From: Macrostomum lignano
Taxonomy: Eukaryota
DNA length: 64,000 bases
Assembly: GCA_002269645.1 (NCBI GenBank)
Contig: NIVC01000517.1
Location: 89,043 to 153,042 of the forward strand
Direction: 5' to 3'
Made by a program: the position numbers and the translations under genes. The notes under the pieces are model-generated. The model was not told where the DNA came from. It ran no database searches and saw nothing but the letters and a program-made list of their open reading frames with translations. The first letter of the stretch is position 1. Every line of letters starts with the position of its first letter. Positions 11,567 to 23,583 of the stretch are shown here, one piece after another.

Positions 11567-14500
11567 TGTTGAAATGAACAAGTCATGAGCTGAGAGTATG
11601 CGAGACAAGACGAAAGTGCCAAGTGCACCGACAACCAACGATACGATTTATTACAAGCGAGGTTCAATAGTAGCCACCCCCACCCCAGGGCTGAAACACC
11701 AACAATGTCATTAAAATCACGATAGAGCAGAGACGTGCAAAGAGCGTGAGCCACGGACCATGAGTACACGCACAGAGTTAAGAACACAAACAATACACGG
11801 AGTAAAAGCGCACCCCAACCCCACGCACCAGGCCCAACACTGCCCTCCGCCAAAGCAAACAAAGACTGAAACCACAAGAACAAAATCAAAGAGTCAAGTA
11901 CAGTCACAGAGTCACTAGACTTTATAGCAGACAGGCTGGCGAGGCCGAAGCTCGTACGGCTCTCGCTGGCCACTGTTCATTGGCGCCACCGTTGGTTCCG
12001 GATCAGGAAGGTGCTCAACCATGGCGCCAGGAAGCTGCTCCGGTAACTCCGCCTCAGGTTCGGCCCCCTCAGGCGACCCAGGCGCACTCGGCCGGCCGGT
12101 CCACTGATTCGAGTGCGCCAGCCGCAGGCCGCCGTCCGATTGGTCCACAGGGGCTACCAGCGCCGTGTTCTGGCGGTGCTGCACCACGAACTTGGCCGGA
12201 ACCGGCGAAAATCCCGGACGCATCCTCAGCCAGATTGGATCGCCCACCTGCTCAGTCATGGTTAGCGGGTGGCGAAGGCGACGACCCCACATCAGAACGT
12301 CCGGAGATGCCGCTCTATTTCCACTGGGCCGGCTGGTCCTGATCGTCAGCAGCAGTTTCTGCAGGAAGTGGTCGAACGGCACTATCTTCGTCCACGCCTT
12401 GAGTCCATCCTTGATGATCCTCACCAGCCTTTCTGCCTGACCGTTCGAGGCCGGATGGTACGGTGGAGTGTGCAGCTCCTGGCACCCGATGCTGCGCAGC
12501 CACTGGGACACTTTCTCCGACTTGAACTCCGGCGCATTGTCCGACACCAGCGTCCGAGGCACTCCGTTCCTGGCAAATACCGCTCTCAGAACCCGCAAGA
12601 CACTGTCCGCAGTTCGGTCTGGCACCTGAATCGCCTCAGGCCACCCGGAGTAGGAGTCCGACAGCAGCAGTAGCAGGCCGACACCAGAAATCTCACAATG
12701 GTCCATGTGAACCCGGGACCACGGCACTCTCGGCTGGCCAAGTGTCGATTCTTCGCTGCAGAACTGGCCGAGTTTCTGAACACTGCTGGCAGCGCTCCAC
12801 AAAGCTGCGAACATCGCGATCGAGACCCGGCCACCAGAACTCCTTGGAGATGTGCGCCTTGGTGTTGTCGGCGCTCGGATGCACCTCGTCGTGCTTGTCG
12901 GATTTCACCGTCACCACTATGGGGCTGCCCCACTCTGAGGACGTCACCTTCTCAACTATGCCCGCCTTCTCCATCAGGTCCAGCTCCTTCTTCACCAGTG
13001 GACGCAGCGCCAGCGGCAGCTCTCTGGCTGGTTGGAAAATCGGCCTGGCTCCCGCCTTCAACAGGATCTCGCCAACTGCTCCCTTGATGCCCAACAAGCT
13101 CTCGTACCTGTTGTTGCTGGGCGGCTTGGCCTCATCTGAGTGGTGAGCTGGCAGCGAGCTGAGCAGATCCCGGCCGAGCAACCCGAACTTCTGCTCGCAT
13201 TCGATGACGGGCAGCTCCGCCGCAGCGAAGCGGCCATCAGGGCCGCCAGTCTCCACCAGGCACTCCAGGATGCCGAGCTGCTTCATCACGTGCCCGTCGT
13301 AGGCCAGCATCCGAGACTTGGGCGACTTCAGTGGTGGCCTGCCGAGTTCTTCCCAGATCTTTCTCGAGATTAGTGAGCACGAGGCGCCGCTGTCCTTTTC
13401 CATTTTGACCTACCTTCTGTTGATTTTCACATCGCAGAATGCAGCAGGGGTGCCCGCACCGCAGTAGAAAACCGGCTCGTCTCTGGTCACGGCTGAGTCA
13501 GAGTGCTTGGATTCGTTGGGTGCGACAAAGTGGGTCCTGGCACTCTGGCAGACCTTCGCGAAGTGGCCAGTCTTCCCGCACTTGTGACAGGTAACCTTCA
13601 GGGCCCGGCAGTCGGTCGGTCTGCGATGTTGCGCCTGGCCGCAGCGCTGGCAGCTCTGGCCTCTGGCCTCCACCGGCTCTGGGCCTCACCATCTCAGCCG
13701 CGTTGATGCTGTTGGCACCAGCAGAATCCTCTTCTGGTACCTCCTGGCTAGCGGGCGATGCCTGATGCACCGCCGAGTCTCCTTCAGCTTGGCCGGAGGC
13801 AGTCAGTGGCCCGAACGAAAATTTGCTCACCATCTGAAGTTGCTGCACGTAATCGGTGATCTGGCTCACCGAGAGCTCTGCGGAGACTTCGCGCTCGAGA
13901 ACCTTGCTCCGGACCTCCTGGTTGCTGAGACCGGCGATGAGGCGCATTTTGATCAGCTGCTCAGCTGGATCAACATTCTCGCCCTTCAGCTTCTCGAATT
14001 CGCACACCACCGCCTGCTCTTGAAGTCGGACAGCGAAGCCGGCAACCGTCTCGCCGTCTACTTGGCGCATGGACATGAAAGCCGCTCTCTCGGCAATCAG
14101 CAGCCTCTTCTTGGGCTCCAGAAACCTCACGAGGCACTCCTTGATTTCCGCCCACTTCATCTGCGAGAGCGGTTTGGGCGCGACCAGCTGCTTCACTTTG
14201 ATGAGCTGTGCCACGCCAAGGCAGCTAAGGAAGGCATCGGTCAACGCCAGATTGCCGGCTGTGTCATCAGTGCGATCGGTGTCCTTCACTCCTTTTGATC
14301 GCGCCTGGGCGTCAAAGACCTCGATCCACGCCCGCAACTCTTCAATGTTGTTTAGAGGCAGTGGGTCTCGTAGCTTTATAGACATCTGTAGATCCTGCTT
14401 GCGACGCCAAGATGTTGAAATGAACAAGTCATGAGCTGAGAGTTTGTGAGACAAGACGAAAGTGCCAAGTGCACCGACAACCAACGATACGATTTATTAC

Positions 14501-14686
14501 AAGCGAGGTTCAATAGTAGCCACCCCCACCCCAGGGCTAAAACACCAACATTGTACATTAAAATCACGATAGAGCAGAGACGTGCAAAGAGCGTGAGCCA
14601 CGGACCCTGAGTACACGCACAGAGTTAAGAACACAAACAATACACGGAGTAAAAGCGCACCCCAACCCCACGCACCAGGCCCAACA
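11567..14686 (-). mobile_element. Gypsy/Ty3-type LTR retrotransposon, internally deleted (gag-PR-[no RT/RNaseH]-IN), decayed
   Basis: LTRs 11567-11839 and 14413-14686 (TGTTG..CAACA; 5 substitutions + 1 indel by eye). 5-bp TSD ATTCT. PBS TGGCGTCGCAAGCAGGAT (tRNA-Ser-like) and purine tract before the 3' LTR. Gag, zinc knuckle CHKCGKTGHFAKVC, protease DSGAS, integrase HHCC and DDE core (VHMDH, DNAPEF, SNGQAERLVR). Two frameshifts and one in-frame TAG. Confidence 0.95.
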
Positions 14687-14927
14687 ATTCTATTGCTTAG
14701 AAAAATATTTAGTTATGCACCTTAGTGCATTAAACAATGAAAATAGAAATGGGAATATTGGATAAAAAATACAGGAAAAATATCACCACTTAGAACCGAC
14801 AGTGTGATGAGAAACCGGGACAGAATATACAAAAGGATGCACTTTACATCATAGAGAAAACTTAGTTAAAACGCTTGTAATCCAGTGAGCTTCCACCGCG
14901 CGTTTGAGTTTCATCTCTCAACTCAGT

Positions 14928-15679
14928 TCACAGCTCCGCTTTGATCTTCCTGGCGCACTCCGCCATGCAGTCGCCCTGCTGCTTATTACAGACCAGTCCG
15001 CCTGGCGACGTCTTCGCGCCGAACTCGCCGGCTTTCTCACCCAGCTTGGCGTAGCAGTCGTTCCAAGCCGTCGTGCAGCTCCGCTGACAGTCGGCGTAGC
15101 GCTTGGCTGGCGTCGGCTGATCCGATGAAACAGTCATCGGCAGCAGCAGGAGCAGCAGGAGCAACAGCAGCACCGACAGAGAAAGCGACGTTTTCTATGA
15201 AAATAATTTGGAGGTAAAACCTGTTGAAATCTGACTAAGTGTACTTTACATGTAGGTTCTGCTTCTTAGACCTGCAGATTCTTCGAGTGAAAAATGTTAG
15301 TTAAAATGTAAAGTATTATTTGAGACCTAGCGTATTAATAACACACGATTCGTGGGTTTCCAACATTCTTGGGTTCTCACCAACCTCGCTCTGAGCCTTG
15401 GCATCTCAGCAGTCCTGCTTTGAGACTTCTCTTCTCAGAAAAACTCAACTCTCATTTGATCCTACTATAGGCTTCTCTAATAGCACCCCTGAGCCTCACT
15501 TGACATTGGATATTAATAATCAAGCCTAAAGAGCAATATTGCATAAATTCTTAATATCATATATAATTAATTGGAAAGCTACCGAAGAGTCAAAAGGAAC
15601 TGATCAACACAAACAGTCGCATGCAGGAATGTTACGAAATCCTGTCGCTAGCTCAATCAGATTCACTTACCAATGTCAT
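14928..15679 (-). CDS. Small secreted 6-cysteine protein (~91 aa), two exons
   Basis: Exon 1 15671-15679 (ATG ACA TTG|gtaagt) joins in phase 0 to exon 2 14928-15194 (ttcatag|AAA ACG). Poly-Leu signal peptide, KR site, CQRSCTTAWNDC..CNKQQGDCMAEC. Confidence 0.78.
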
Positions 15680-16589
15680 TGTGTAGCAATAGTTTAAAAA
15701 ATTCAATATCGCTTGTAACTCGCTTGTTTCTTTCAAAACGAAAAAAGAAGCTTGCAAGGCTTAACTGTAAAGTTTCTACATGCTCGCCTATATATATAGT
15801 CTGTTTAGTTTCGAAAATCTGACAAAAATTATTCCTCGGAAAATCCAGCGACTCTTCCACACGTGTGAAATGGGTTATAATTTCCAAGAAAATTATAAAA
15901 GTATATTTAGATTTACAAACGAATCAAGTACAATTACAATGTACAATTAGTGTACGCTCGTACGAGCTAAAATGTCTGCACAGGTCGTGGCAGTGTGGTC
16001 AAGGAACAAAAATAGAAACATAAGCTTTTTGTCATAGTTTGGTAAATGTACCTTGAGTGACGGTTCTTACTCAGATCTAAAAGTACCTTCGATCATAGCG
16101 TCTTAACTTGCTTTTTTTTATTCAAATTGGTGCGTGACCGTCAGCAGTCAGCAGTGACCGTCAGCAGTGTCTACATCTGGCTATCTTATACAAAACTTGT
16201 GCTAACAGTGTCACTTTTATTTATGCCTTGCAGACCATGAGTAACAAATATCGTTTCCTCTTCAGCTGTAAGCCTGTGGGTCGTTCGATTCGGTGGATCG
16301 TCTGAAGACCCGTTTGTTGATAGATGCCGAGTTATATATAGCTTTGAACTTATCATTTTCTCGTTCTTGTGCTCAAGCTTAAAAATTAGTCCTGATCCGC
16401 GATTCAGCTAGGTTCCAACTCCCTCCTGTTGAAGATCGGCTTGGACATGTCCCATTGTTTTCAGAATGCTTACACGACGCAACTCCAACTGCAATGTGTA
16501 TCACGAAATTATTTAAATGAGCTTTGAAAAATGCAAAAATTAAACAAATAACAAAACACGTATGAAATTTTTAAGATTAATTATACACA

Positions 16590-19500
16590 CTAAGCCAACA
16601 TCTGCAACAGAAACGTACGAGATAATATCAAATGATTGTGCAGTTCAGTCGTAAGTAGTACCATACCGTTAATCTGGGAGCATGAGAAGATGAATTGCCT
16701 GTCCAGATTTTCCCACAGGAGATCTCCAATGCTCATGGACCCTGTCAATCTACCCATTGGGATGGTACACCCGAGATTCAAATAGTCGAGATCAGACGTT
16801 TGGTCAATTAACGTGTCCTTAGTTTTCAATAGAAAATGCTGCACGAGCTAACTCCTAAAGTATGTTCAAAAGCATCATCTGAAAAGAACAGCGTACACCA
16901 CTCACATGGGAGAACATTTTTACAGCTTCAAGAAGCGTCTCTTGTTGCTCGCAGACGCTAACTCGGTGATTGTGAATCAGTTCCACCAGCAGCTCCCCAT
17001 CTGTGCAGAACTTCAGCACCATCAGCAGCTCCTGAGCGTCGGATTCTGCACAGTCAGCCACCTCTCGAAACCACTCAAGAGCCGTGTCTTTGTCCATTTC
17101 GTGACCTAACAGATGCAGCGTGAGGCACCTCAGCAGTGCGTGGAAGTTCACATAGTACTGATGGCGATGCATGTAGTAGCTGATGCCGACCGGAAACCAC
17201 TGCCTCACGGGCTCCGGCAGGAAGTGCAACGTCGGCCGACGGTCTAGACGGAATCCGAACTTGTAAACCGAGTCTGTGCTCAGCAATTGAGTCAGAATTG
17301 ACTCGGGTGACACTTCAATGTCATCCGAACATGGCACTCCCTTGCTGACAGTCCAGTGCAAGGACTCGCGCACAGCAGCCTTGGCCTCTTCAATCATGCC
17401 GAACATCATGTAGGTCAGCACTGTGAGGCAGTGGCTCGTTGTCCTGGCGCACTTGGGAAAATTTCTTAGCGTGCACCAGCATGGCTCCAGCACGTCTTTA
17501 TTGCACTCTGCGTCAGACAGTACCAGCAGCAGCTTCGAAACAGCATCGTAGACTTCGTAGTCTTCAAGCAAGCAATTTGGACGATCAGGCAGAGTATTGT
17601 TGCTTAAAATCGGATGAAGAATATTAGGGTGGAAGTGCAGCAGACTGCTGCATGGCTTCAACTGACAAATTAGCTGATGCAGAGCAGCGTCTAGATGCTG
17701 ATCCAGCAGAAGGTCCTGCACTGCTTCCTCGATCAAATGCCTTTCGCTGTGGTTCCTTTTCAGGTACACAAATGTATCGGTCAAAAAGAAGTGCTTCATG
17801 CACTCATTTTCACTTTCTCTTCTCTCTCTCAAGCAGTCTAACAGTCTTTGAAGTCCTTGCTGAGCCAATTGCCTCACAGCTTCTGGTTTCCAGTCCTTTT
17901 TTGGTACTTCTTCGAGCATGTAAAATATGATAGTTTTAACGTGGTAGGATTTCAAACCACTGACTTTGATAGACAGAACTCGCTTCACCAAATACTTTAA
18001 CGTGACATATACCTGCCCCTGAACTGTCGTTAGGTTTTGCAGAAGATACCTTTCAAAGAAGGTTGTGCTCAAACGAAGGTGACTACCGCTAGAACCGGCT
18101 TGACTTTGACATGCCGGCAGCTCTGCAGGTACCACATGACACGGAAAACTTTGCCTAATATCGTCTAGGCCCTTTAAAACATCGTGCGAAAGCTGAGAAG
18201 TGTAGCCTGGCTCAAAAATTCGCAACTGCGGATAACAGCAGCATAGAAATGCGTCGACCTTGTCTACAGCTGGCCTCAGTGAGCATCCACCGTATGGCAA
18301 TGATGGATTTCTGGCTGCAGTGAATCAACAGAAAATAGTTTTTTGTAAAGCTAAATATCCATTCGTAAGTTAACACATTTAAACATTCGCTTACCGAATC
18401 CGGAACTTGTCACGTGACCATTGTTGTAATCGACAACCTCACCATTCTGTCTCTTTTCGTTGCTACATTTGCAGATGTCTTTTATGTGAAAAATCTTTCT
18501 CGGCAAGACAGTGGTGACGTCAATGTCCGAATCAACGTCGACGCTGCCATTGAGACACGTGACGCTGCAGCCCCAGCCCTCGGCGTAGCTGCCAACAACG
18601 TAGATTTTCTTTTGCTGATTTTGTTCGCATAGTCGGTTCCAAAGAAGCAACTCCAGCGCTTCGGATAGGACTGCTTGAACAGCTGCTCTGCGACTCAGGA
18701 AACCCGCCTTATTGAGGGAATCGTGCAGCGGTGTTTTCTTTTTCGATTGGTTGAAAGTGCTTCGACTGAAATTACCAGGTGTTACTTCGTTATTACGATT
18801 GGAACTATACGCAGTGAATAATAAACAAATTTTGGTACTTTTGCTAAATTCGATTTCTGGTGGTTAGCGATCATTGACCATTGATCTTTTTTCGTTGTTT
18901 ATGGTAGCAGCGGAGAATATGGAGAGTGTTGTCTATGACAGCAGCGGAGAATATGGAGAGTGTTGTCTATGGTAGCAGCGGAGAATATGGAGAGTGTTGT
19001 CTATGACAGCAGCGGAGAATATGGAGAGTGTTGTCTATGGTAGCAGCGGAGAATATGGAGAGTGTTGTCTATGACAGCAGCGGAGAATATGGAGAGTGTT
19101 GTCTATGGTAGCAGCGGAGAATATGGAGAGTGTTGTCTCTATGGTAGCAGCGGAGAATATGGAGAGTGTTGTCTATGACAGCAGCGGAGAATATGGAGAG
19201 TGTTGTCTATGACAGCAGCGGAGAATATGGAGAGTGTTGTCTATGGTAGCAGCGGAGAATATGGAGAGTGTTGTCTATGACAGCAGCGGAGAATATGGAG
19301 AGTGTTGTCTATGGTAGCAGCGGAGAATATGGAGAGTGTTGTCTATGACAGCAGCGGAGAATATGGAGAGTGTTGTCTATGGTAGCAGCGGAGAATATGG
19401 AGAGTGTTGTCTGTGGTAACAGCGGAGAATATGGAGAGTGTTGTCTATGACAGCAGCGGAGAATATGGAGAGTGTTGTCTATGACAGCAGCGGAGAATAT

Positions 19501-22264
19501 GGAGAGTGTTGTCTCTATGGTAGCAGCGGAGAATATGGAGAGTGTTGTCTATGGTAGCAGCGGAGAATATGGAGAGTGTTGTCTATGACAGCAGCGGAGA
19601 ATATGGAGAGTGTTGTCTATGGTAGCAGCGGAGAATATGGAGAGTGTTGTCTATGACAGCAGCGGAGAATATGGAGAGTGTTGTCTATGGTAGCAGCGGA
19701 GAATATGGAGAGTGTTGTCTATGACAGCAGCGGAGAATATGGAGAGTGTTGTCTATGGTAGCAGCGGAGAATTTGGAGAGTGTTGTCTATGACAGCAGCG
19801 GAGAATATAGAGAGTGTTGTCTATGGTAGCAGCGGAGAATATGGAGAGTGTTGTGTATGACAGCAGCGGAGAATATTCAGAGAGCTGTCTATAACAGCGG
19901 AGAATACCTACTGAGATTCTCTACTAGCAAAAAACGGTGACAGATGAGATGTACATCATCTAACTCCCTCTACCTCTAGGGCAGAGACATCCATGCTGTG
20001 AAGTTCAACTATACAATTGGTCCTGATTTTTGTGAAATTTAGTGAAAGTTGAAAAGTTAAAAGCAGCTTACGTTGTCTCTTGTGAATGTTTCTGCAGAAT
20101 CAGTTCTAGCTTATCAGCGACACTGGCGTCATAACTGGACAGCTCCGACAGTATTAAGCTGCGATCAGGACACGCAGCTAGACAAGCACGAAATACATCG
20201 GCATGACAGAAACTGCCGCTAACAAAAACTGCTGGAGATACTATTCGAGCCAGTAGTTCGACATCATCTCGGTATTTCTCGTTGATTTTGTCGAGAAGCA
20301 GGCGAACCGTCTCCAGTCGACCTGTGAGCGCTGCCGCCTGCAGAATGCTTGTTGCCGAATGGCTGGTGCTGAACAGGTTAGCGCCATGATCTAGAAGCAC
20401 TTGCACTGCCGATATCCGACCGTAGTACGCGGCAACGCGCAACGGAGACCAACGATCGTCCTCGGGGCTTTGAAAATTCTTATCCTTTGCTGCGAAATTC
20501 TCTGTCAGGCAGTTGCAGTTGACCAGCGTGCTTAGTGGGCTGGACTGATTTGGATCGGCGCCAAAAACCAGAAGCTTCCTGAGTACCTGCATGCAAGCGA
20601 ATTTGAGTAAAATATTTTTAGTATATTAGACTAGCGATCAGCCCCCCCCCTTGGGGAGGCAGCATAGAATGGAAGCCTTGAAATCTCAGCGATCCCCCCT
20701 AGGCTTGATACATCGTATAAATTTCCAATGAGTCTTGACATCTTAGCTATTTTCCAATCAATTTTTTTTTTCGACTCGACACTTTCTGCGGATGCAAAGT
20801 TTCTACGAGTATGAGAAAAGTTCTGTGCGTTCTCATACTTTCTTTTATACAGGTACGCGGAGTATGTTTAGACAATATCGATTACTGCATTAGAAGTATG
20901 CTCAAATAATTTAGAGTATAGTTGACTTGCATTCAGGTGACCTCGTTGACAGGCATAGTAAATCGGTGACCAGCCGCTATTGTCAGGGACAAGAGCGTCA
21001 GAAACAGACCTTGACGACTTCAGCAGCAAATCCAATGCTTCGTCTTGGCCAATCTGCACCGCCACGTTGGCTGGACTCCGACCGTCAAAATGATGTCGAA
21101 ACGAGGCGTCGGATGTCTTGACACCGGCGTCACACAGCAGGCGCAGAATTCCGATGCGCCCGTTTGCCGCCGCAATCCAGACTGGGTTGTTGCCGCTTTT
21201 GGCGACGGCGTCGAGCTGCGAGGAATTGTAGCTGTCATTATTAATTAAGTATTTAGTATATAGGATTCTTCCACTTGAAGTTTATTCCAATTACTAAAAA
21301 AATCATTGAAAAGTTCGCGGCCTAACACAGAAAGGGGACCAGCAGATAAAAATTAGCGATTTATTTCTCAACATTGTCCCCCTCCAAGTCAATGCACTTC
21401 ATGGTCCTTTGCCAGGTAGTTCACGAACACCATGCCTTCAGCATCCCAGAACACTTTCCAAATTTCCTGTGGCGTCATTGCCTTCAAGCGCAAATACTTG
21501 ATGATAGCGCGATGCTCAGAAAAATGTTAGGAACTGACAAATGTTAGGAACGGTTTTCTGACATAAAAGCTCTGCGGAGTCTCTTTCAAACAGTCAATAT
21601 GCTTCAAATTGTATGAATGGACTCAATATTATTTAGTGGATCAACTATGATAGAAGTTAAGTAAACTGCTTCTGTGTTAGGCCGCGAACTTTTCAATCAA
21701 CCCTCATTTGAAGTTATGAGAAGTTAAGCGGAAAGACAATAAATATAAACGTTTGCAGGACGTTTTCGGTGACATCATCCTGCCCCATGCCGCTGACTCC
21801 TAAACACATTTTACAAGCGCGCCAATACTGTACGCAGGCACGCAGTCATACACACGCTCATACAGGGTGCACAGCGTCCCTTTGACTCTCTAATAGTCAA
21901 GCATTTACACTCTGTGAGCCTTGGGGGCTGGTCCTCATAAACTTGAATCGCAAGACAACCTCCTGGGCCAAATTTTCGTGAAAAATTCAGGGTTTGCGAA
22001 TTTTAACTGTCTCACTCAGCACTGCAAAAGCTGTAAAAATTCTTCCATTCGCCTCACTCGAGCTCCCTTGTCAATCAGGATCTTGGCCACCTCCGTGAAA
22101 CCGCGCTCGCATGACCTGTATAATGCAGTGCAGCCGGCAAGGTCGCCCCAGTCGATGTGCCCCAGCGGATTCTCCAGCAATTTCTCAACCGTGTCTTTGT
22201 CATTCCTTGTAGCCGCTTCAAACAGTATTTCTTCTGGACTTTTTCTCGAGTCTGGCTGCATCAT
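16590..22264 (-). CDS. Ankyrin-repeat + Mab-21/cGAS-like nucleotidyltransferase (cGLR-type) protein
   Basis: Exons 20931-21231, 20072-20586, 18395-18804 and 16906-18314 join in phase. Ankyrin repeats (TALYRSCERGFTEVAKILIDKGA, SPIYYACQRGHLN|VLRKLLVFGAD, SPLRVAAYYGRISAVQVLLDHGA). NTase motif VVGSYAEG..SDIDV, then LRLSTTFFER and LKSYHVKTIIFYMLE. The 5' part (22016-22264, 21751-21799) joins only if a 1-nt frameshift near 22055 is assumed. Last exon 16590-16847 is tentative. Confidence 0.85.
18899..19890. repeat. 34-bp minisatellite (GCAGCGGAGAATATGGAGAGTGTTGTCTAT+GGTA/GACA) in the ANK-cGLR intron
   Basis: Period 34 (18907, 18941); two variants largely alternate. Confidence 0.97.
21306..21705 (-). 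mobile_element. Mariner-family deletion derivative
   Basis: Inverted termini TTGAAAAGTTCGCGGCCTAACACAGAA. Minus strand encodes fused transposase scraps: HRAIIKYLRLKAMTPQEI / VFWDAEGMVFVNYL / LGGDNVEK*. Confidence 0.8.
21815..21990 (-). mobile_element. Degenerate SINE body fragment related to 44480-44735
   Basis: Shared blocks AATACTGTACGCAG, CCCTTTGACT(C/T)TCTAAT, GGGCCAAATTTTC. Confidence 0.5.
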
Positions 22265-22705
22265 GGCCGTCGCGGGCGCTGTAAGCAATGATAGTTTTGG
22301 TGCATTTGCCCAGCGGTGGGAGAAATAGCGGGACGAGTAACTAAGTATTAATCTATGGGATTCTCGGGGGGGGGGGAAGAAGTCATCCGAAAGTACACTG
22401 TCATGCATGTACATTAACTGCGTCTATCGATTTACGCGCCATCCCAACAAAAGGACTTTTAGGGTGGAGAGCTGTACCCATACTGCATCGGGTAAGGGAA
22501 TATTGTCTGTAAATGTGCCATGTGCAATGTTTATCTACTGTATGGCTAGACTAGATAGGATGGAAAAATGTGAGAAGATAGAAGATATTGCAGCAACAAA
22601 GTGGGGCCCGTCAAACAGAAAAACAATGCAAAGAATCAGCGGTCGCAGCACGTGATAACGATTTGTCTATGGCTCGCGCCGCACTGGGACTGCTGATTAT
22701 TTATC

Positions 22706-23098
22706 CATTGTACCATGACCTTTGTGCCCGCATCCCATTCTTATTCTACTTATTCTTGCCATTTAATGCCATAGACTATATTTAAGCCCGCTTGCAGGAC
22801 TTTATTGCTTTAAACTTACTTTAATGCAATTAGCGGGCAGTTAATGACATTTAACGGCGCCCTCTGATTTTCCCATTAACGCCCTTAAAGCATGGGTAAA
22901 ACCATTATTGTGCCATAGACATTTGTGTCCTTGACAAAGTGGGACAGAATAATTTGGTGTTAAATGTCATTAACTGCCCGCTAATTTGCATTAAAGTAAG
23001 TTTAAAGTATTAAAGTCCTGCAAGCGGGCTTAAATATAGTCTATGGCATTGGAAGGCAAGAATAAGTGCCCAGCGGGCACAAAGGTCATGGTACAATG
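22706..23098. mobile_element. Foldback/MITE element with long imperfect inverted arms
   Basis: CATTGTACCATGACCTTTGTGCCCGC..AATGCCATAGACTATATTTAAGCCCGCTTGCAGGACTTT.. is mirrored at the right end. No clear TSD. Confidence 0.8.
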
Positions 23099-23399
23099 AT
23101 TTTTAAGTACAGGAATGTACGTAGGAATGTAAGAATTAACATACAATCTTAATTTTCTCAACGAAAATTAGGCAAAACATATCAAACGATGAGCATTGGG
23201 TTTGTGCTGAAAAAATGAAATCTCCTATCTCCGTAGTGTATTTTTCGAAAGAAAACCGGCCTCCTAAATTTTTCCAAGAAACGTCGTTTCCCGTCCTTCT
23301 AGTTGAGTAGTCCTTGAGCTCAAGCTTAGTTATCGACAACCCGAACGAAAGTAAAATCATGCTTATTGTCACTGCAGTACAGACAATGTACATAACTTA

Positions 23400-23583
23400 C
23401 ATAACTTGCAGTACATAACTTGTACTCACCACCGTTGCACAATAACCAGCTGTGCGGGGATTCTGTCAATAGCTATTGCTCACATGTACTAACATGTACC
23501 TTTAGCTCATTCAAGTTTTAGCAGTTAGAATTATGGACAAGCATACAAACAAACAAACCTTAGAGATTTAGTATATTTAGATT
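23400..23583 (-). mobile_element. Short non-autonomous Helitron-like (Lep1/HINE-type) element
   Basis: Minus strand begins A|TCTAAATATACTAAATCTCTAAGG(TTTG)n; small 3' hairpin GCACA..TGTGC. Related termini at ~27570 and ~63530. Confidence 0.4.
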
